From: Vitrella brassicaformis CCMP3155
Taxonomy: Eukaryota > Protista > Chromerida
Length of the DNA stretch: 64,000 nucleotides
Direction of reading: 5' to 3'
NCBI GenBank assembly: GCA_001179505.1
Contig: CDMY01000291.1
Location: 1-64,000, forward strand
Part shown: piece by piece, positions 59,551-64,000 of the stretch
Layout of the letters: each line of letters begins with the position of its first letter
How positions within the stretch are numbered: position 1 is the first letter of the stretch
The notes under the pieces: model-generated
The model's database searches: none
Told to the model about the DNA's origin: nothing
What the model saw: the letters and a program-made list of their open reading frames with translations, nothing else
Position numbers and translations under genes: made by a program

Positions 59551-62500
59551 ATGAAGAAGAGAGGGGCGTCGAGATCCTTAACGCAGGACGGTGAGGGGGT
59601 GACTGTCACTGAGCAGCTGGACCAGGCAGATCGTAGCGAGGCCGCAGTGGATCACACATTGGAAGCAGCAGAGGTACAGAGTAGCCCAGGGGACCTCCCG
59701 ATGCTCATGTTTATTCACGGCTGGCTCGTTTGATCAGGACACCGGCGATGAGAGTTTTGGTGGGGCTTTGGAGGCGCTGGACATCACGGGCAACCTTCTC
59801 AAGGCAATGATGGAATGCTTCGAGGAAGAAGAAGCAAAGGTGACGGTCCAGTCTGGCTCAGACCCTGCCGTGTGGTTTTATGTTTGTGTTCGGTACGTAT
59901 TCAGGTTCGTCAGCTGATTGAGAGCAGAAGGACAATCACGATCAGCCAAACAGATGAAGAGAAGAGGCAGCTACGGGTGCCACTCAGCCACCGACACACA
60001 CACGCATATACGCAGCAGCATAGTGTGTGTCTTTGTGTGCGACGCATGCAGGTCATCGACAGGCACTTTCGCGTCTTGTCGGGTATGATGCTGCTCCACA
60101 CCACCAAACCGATCGAGACGGCTGCGGAGCACATGGGTGAGGTGGACAAGAAGGTCGTCATGATCCAGCAGCACATCAACAGACTCAAACACCACGACAA
60201 AGACCAGGTCAATCAATGACACATATGCTCAATAAGTGTGGCGCATTTCGTCAACTGCTGTATTTGCTTGTGTCTCAGGAAGGGGGCCGTGCGCTTCTGC
60301 TTGGCCTGCCTGACGGCGCCCTGGGACGCATCTCGTCGTGGCTGACCACTGTCAACAATGTCCGCTTGTTGCGGGTCAGCCATGACATCCACTCGAAAGC
60401 CGTCACTGAGGGCGTGTTCCGCCGATTCGCTGTGGAGGACGACGAAGCATGTTCTTACAAGCGTGCGGACGAAGCTCGTCGGCGTGCATGGCGTCTGAGG
60501 CCCCTGGTGAGAGGCATGACGTGTGACCTACGTGAAAAAAGATATTGGCTTCCGTGGACGGGCTTTTGTGTGTGTGCGTGTGCTTTATGTGTGGCGTCTT
60601 GAGGTCGTGGCGGACGGAGAGAATTTCTCTGGGCATACATGGAGTCTCAAAACTCTGGTGAGAGGGCTGACGTGTGAAGCATATTCGAGGCATAGTGGGA
60701 CATGGTGAAACAGTGTGTGTGCGTGTGTTTGTGTGTGTGTGTGTGTGCAGTGCACAGCAGTCCAGAAGGCCTACGTGCAAATGTGTCGCCTGAATCCTGT
60801 GATATTCCCGCTGCTGGAAGCGTCCAAGGAGACACTTACACACATGACGCTGACACTGAAATTTCAGTCGTACTCATCGGCTTACGATGAACCGGCTTTG
60901 AAGGACGGCCAGTTTCCCATACTCACGCACCTGGACGTCGGGAGCTACTCGAGTGGATGGATCGAACTCATGGCGTGAGCAAGAGACGAGTTCTTTAGAT
61001 GTTGGCACATTCATTCGTGTCGTTGATTGGATGTGATTCTCTGCAGCGAGCGTCAGTGGAGGTTTCCGGCCATCACCAACCTGCAAGTCGGCGCCGACAC
61101 TTGGGGCCACGGCATCTTGGACAGATCAGATCGTGCAGCATTCCTGAAGCTGCTTACAGAGGCATCCGAGCTGAAGCGACTTGATATCCCCTTCTATGAG
61201 AACAACACCACGCCCGCGCCCTGGATAGCGCCCCGGCTTTTGGGGCAGACGAGCACCGCATGGACCGACCTCATTGCTGCCCTCGGCAAGTGTTCCCGCC
61301 TCACACACATCACAGGCCTGACAGTCCGCATCAACGAACTCCCCCGCCTGATGCAGCTCAAAGATGCCGTCAATCACCACTGGGCCAAGCCGGAGAACAA
61401 ATGTGAGCGGACCAAAGCCGCCAAGGGTTTTCAGCGTTTGCATGTCCTGTATCCACACTGCATGCAGATGTGTACAAGAAGCTGGGATTCATCGTCAAGG
61501 GTATGTCCAGGCCGACGGAGCAAGAGCCGAGGACGGCCTCGGAGGACGATCTCGATCACATGCAACGGGACCCGGCAGCGATGGCACGAGGGCTGGCGCA
61601 GAGGGTCGAGGGCGACGAGGCGGCCATGGGCGATAATGACAATGAGACCGTTGCGCAGCGTGAGCTCGGGCCTTCCGCTTCTCCACTATTCAGCTGGCAG
61701 GGCCCCCCATTCGGAGGCAGGCGGGAGCCGGGCAGTAGATTCGACTACCGGACCCTAAACACCAGATACAGCTATACGGGCAACCCTAGTACCGGTGAGT
61801 TGATGTTTGAGCGTTGGCGAGGAGGAAGGGGCTTCAACATCAACTCTAGACGGCTGAGTGACAAGGTGAGCAGGCCAGCACTCACACACATAAATACCCT
61901 TATGCACACATACACAGCCAGACGTGAACGCACACAGACCAGCCACATGTGTGCATGTTGATGCGCCGTGTGTGCGTGTCTCTGTGCAGGTTGCCAGTAG
62001 CCGGACTGTGGAGGTCGGGGGCGACGACAACATGGATGCCGACATGGGCCAGAGGGATGGCGAGAAGCAAGACGGCGGCGACCCACGAGCTGTCGATGCA
62101 CCGTCCAGCCCGGCTGCGGGCGGCTCGCCGTGTGGTGGCGCGCCCGGTCAGGCTGCAAAAAAAGGTACAGCAGCGGCAAATGCACGCACACACTCTCAAT
62201 GTCTCTGTATGTCCAGGTCCCGAAGATGGGCATGCTAGCGGCGGCATGAGTGTCTGTGGAGGGGAAAAAGCGAATCCTGCGAACCCAATGGATGGAGCAG
62301 AGACAAGTGGCGACGAAGGTGGGGCAGAGGCGCCATTCGATTTGAACAGCCAGGAGGACAGCGACCCAATGGGCGAGGGCCAGGGAAACACGCCACAGTG
62401 GGTCGAGTACTTCGTACGTCCTGGCTTCCGCCGCTACTATTATAACGTGCAGACGGGGCAGAAACAGGTCAGAGAGAGGGAGAGAGAGAGCGGGAGAGAG

Positions 62501-63588
62501 AGCTCACACTGTCCTCTATATATGTCTCGCCATTAGTCGGAGCGCCCGGCGGGACTCTGTCCATTCCACAGAGCCGTCCCCGACGTATTTGATGACGTTG
62601 AGGACGACCACTACGACCGCCATGGCTTTTGTTCGATCAGGCCGGACTACGCACAAGACTGGGCCTATCCATGGGCCATCCGCGAATTCAGCAAGTGGGC
62701 GGCCCAAGTCAAGTGTGAGCTCGAATGGCGGCCTTTTGAGGGGCAGCTCATCATCGACTGCAGCAGCGACGCTGCAAATGCCCGCACTGCGCCAGACGGC
62801 CTATACGGAGACATCGCCACGCAGCTCGCCGCTAGAGCCGAAAGGGTGAGGAAAGGGCAAAATCGATGTCCATGTAACACACAGATTTGTCTCTCATCCA
62901 GGTCACCTTAAAACTCGGAGGGACGCCGCTGCATGAGAGCTGGGGTGACAAACTGGTCTTTAACAATGCCAAGACACTCGAATTTCATCCCAAGGAGGGT
63001 GCGAACACCTTGGAAGTGGAGCAGAGCATCCCTGAGTGGCTGACCGGCAGGGGGGGCGAGAAGGGTGTCCCCTTCCCAGCTGTCACGAGGCTGGACGCCG
63101 ACATTCGCTCGTTCTCCCTCACTGAGTGCAGCAAGCTCAGTAGTCTCATGCGGGGGCTGACAACACTCAAGGAAGTCCGTTTTCCTAATCGTTTGCCTAG
63201 CTTCGCTGTAGGGTGTGAGCTGCTCTTCTGCATCTCTGTCGAGCTGGAGATGGTCTGGTTCGATTTTCCCTTCCATAACCATGACCCTCCCGCCCCTGGC
63301 GGCTGCCCGCCATGCATAGAGGTAGTGCACTCGTGCCGTTTGAGAAGCAAGGCAGATGTGCAGCAGCTCACTCAGCTGGTGTTGCTAAAACGGCCAGCGA
63401 GTGTAGACTTGACTATAAATGTGCCTTGGACTGAGTTTGAGAGTCGGGATGACAAGGGTCGAAGTGCTGAAGCCCGCTCGTGGTTCAAGCCACTCGATGC
63501 ATACTATACTGCGAGAGACAACAGCGGGGTCAGGTGTTATTTTGGGTATGTAGAAATCGTCGTCAGCTTTCAGCTTTCGACTGCTTGA
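59551..63588 (+). CDS. F-box-like plus LRR-like plus variant WW protein, copy B (apparently intact)
   Basis: LLLGLPDGALGRISSWL; LRR-like FPILTHLDVG, FPAITNLQVG, SELKRLDIP, CSRLTHITGL and FPAVTRLDAD; WW-like PQWVEYFVRPGFRRYYYNVQTGQKQ-SERP. Confidence 0.75.
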
Positions 63589-64000
63589 ATATGAGCCTGA
63601 AAGCTGAATGATTGGTACGTCAGGCAAGGCAATTAGCCCACGGGGGGGCACGTAAAGGCGACGGGGGGAAGGAGGATCGGGGCAATGGCAGGCAGCGGTT
63701 GGCTGGCTGAATGTCATGTCTCCATCAAAGGACGGCTGCTTTCTTCTTTGAGTGCTCGACATTGGCTGTCTTCTTTGTGCGTACGCATGCATGGAGCCTT
63801 TTGAGGCAGTCAGGGAGTCACATGAAGCATGTTTGTCAGCGGTTTTGCTTTTGATCATGTAGGGTGTGATGGCATCCAGGCTCCATGTCTGAACGGGAAG
63901 AGGGGACAGACAGACAGACAGACAGACAGACAGCGAGGGAGGGAGGGAGGGAGGGAAAGGGAAGGAAGGAGGGAAGGAGAAGACGGCCGACAGACAGATA

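Larger units (their letters stand above)
53071..63900 (+). repeat. Tandem segmental duplication: unit A ~53071-57400 and unit B ~59347-63900
   Basis: Colinear similarity across the 5' flank, exons, introns and 3' flank (for example, 57085-57380 versus 63590-63880 are near-identical). Confidence 0.95.

Noticed and set aside
1-64000. CRISPR arrays, rRNA, tRNA, reverse transcriptase or transposase
   Set aside because: No regularly spaced repeat-spacer structure, RNA-gene signature or RT/DDE motif was seen. Short direct repeats (for example 21601-21624, 25761-25788, 53175-53210 and 59188-59240) have only two copies and look like local slippage.

Overview
Intron-rich eukaryotic nuclear DNA with short GT-AG introns full of (CAGA/GTCT)n and (GGAT)n microsatellites. 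It is most likely a chromerid alveolate such as Vitrella. This is an inference from the bipartite plastid presequences, a myzozoan-type ATP synthase subunit f, an oocyst-wall-like protein and the repeat style. About 24 spliced genes or gene relics were reconstructed by eye, so exon boundaries and start codons are approximate. Clear housekeeping genes are plastid UROD/HemE, a CDGSH Fe-S protein, NIFK/Nop15, ATP synthase f, a Rim2/SLC25A36-like carrier, EEF1AKMT1, RPS12 and ANKRD13. The most notable content is: (1) three CCCH zinc finger plus LabA/DUF88-type NYN ribonuclease genes with all catalytic Asp retained, one lying directly behind, and possibly fused to, a KHA-like/CCCH/KH-KH-KH module; (2) a 22-28 bp motif GCGGTTTCA-N5-CACCCTAG recurring in promoter positions; (3) a ~740 bp dispersed repeat carrying an intron plus exon fragment of the CCCH-NYN family, part of which forms the 3' end of a MORN ORF; (4) a tandem duplication of an F-box/LRR-like/WW gene whose first copy is frameshifted; and (5) a protein with three copies of an unrecognised ~50 aa module. 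No rRNA, tRNA, CRISPR array or transposase was seen. There is a 300-N assembly gap at 53226-53525.
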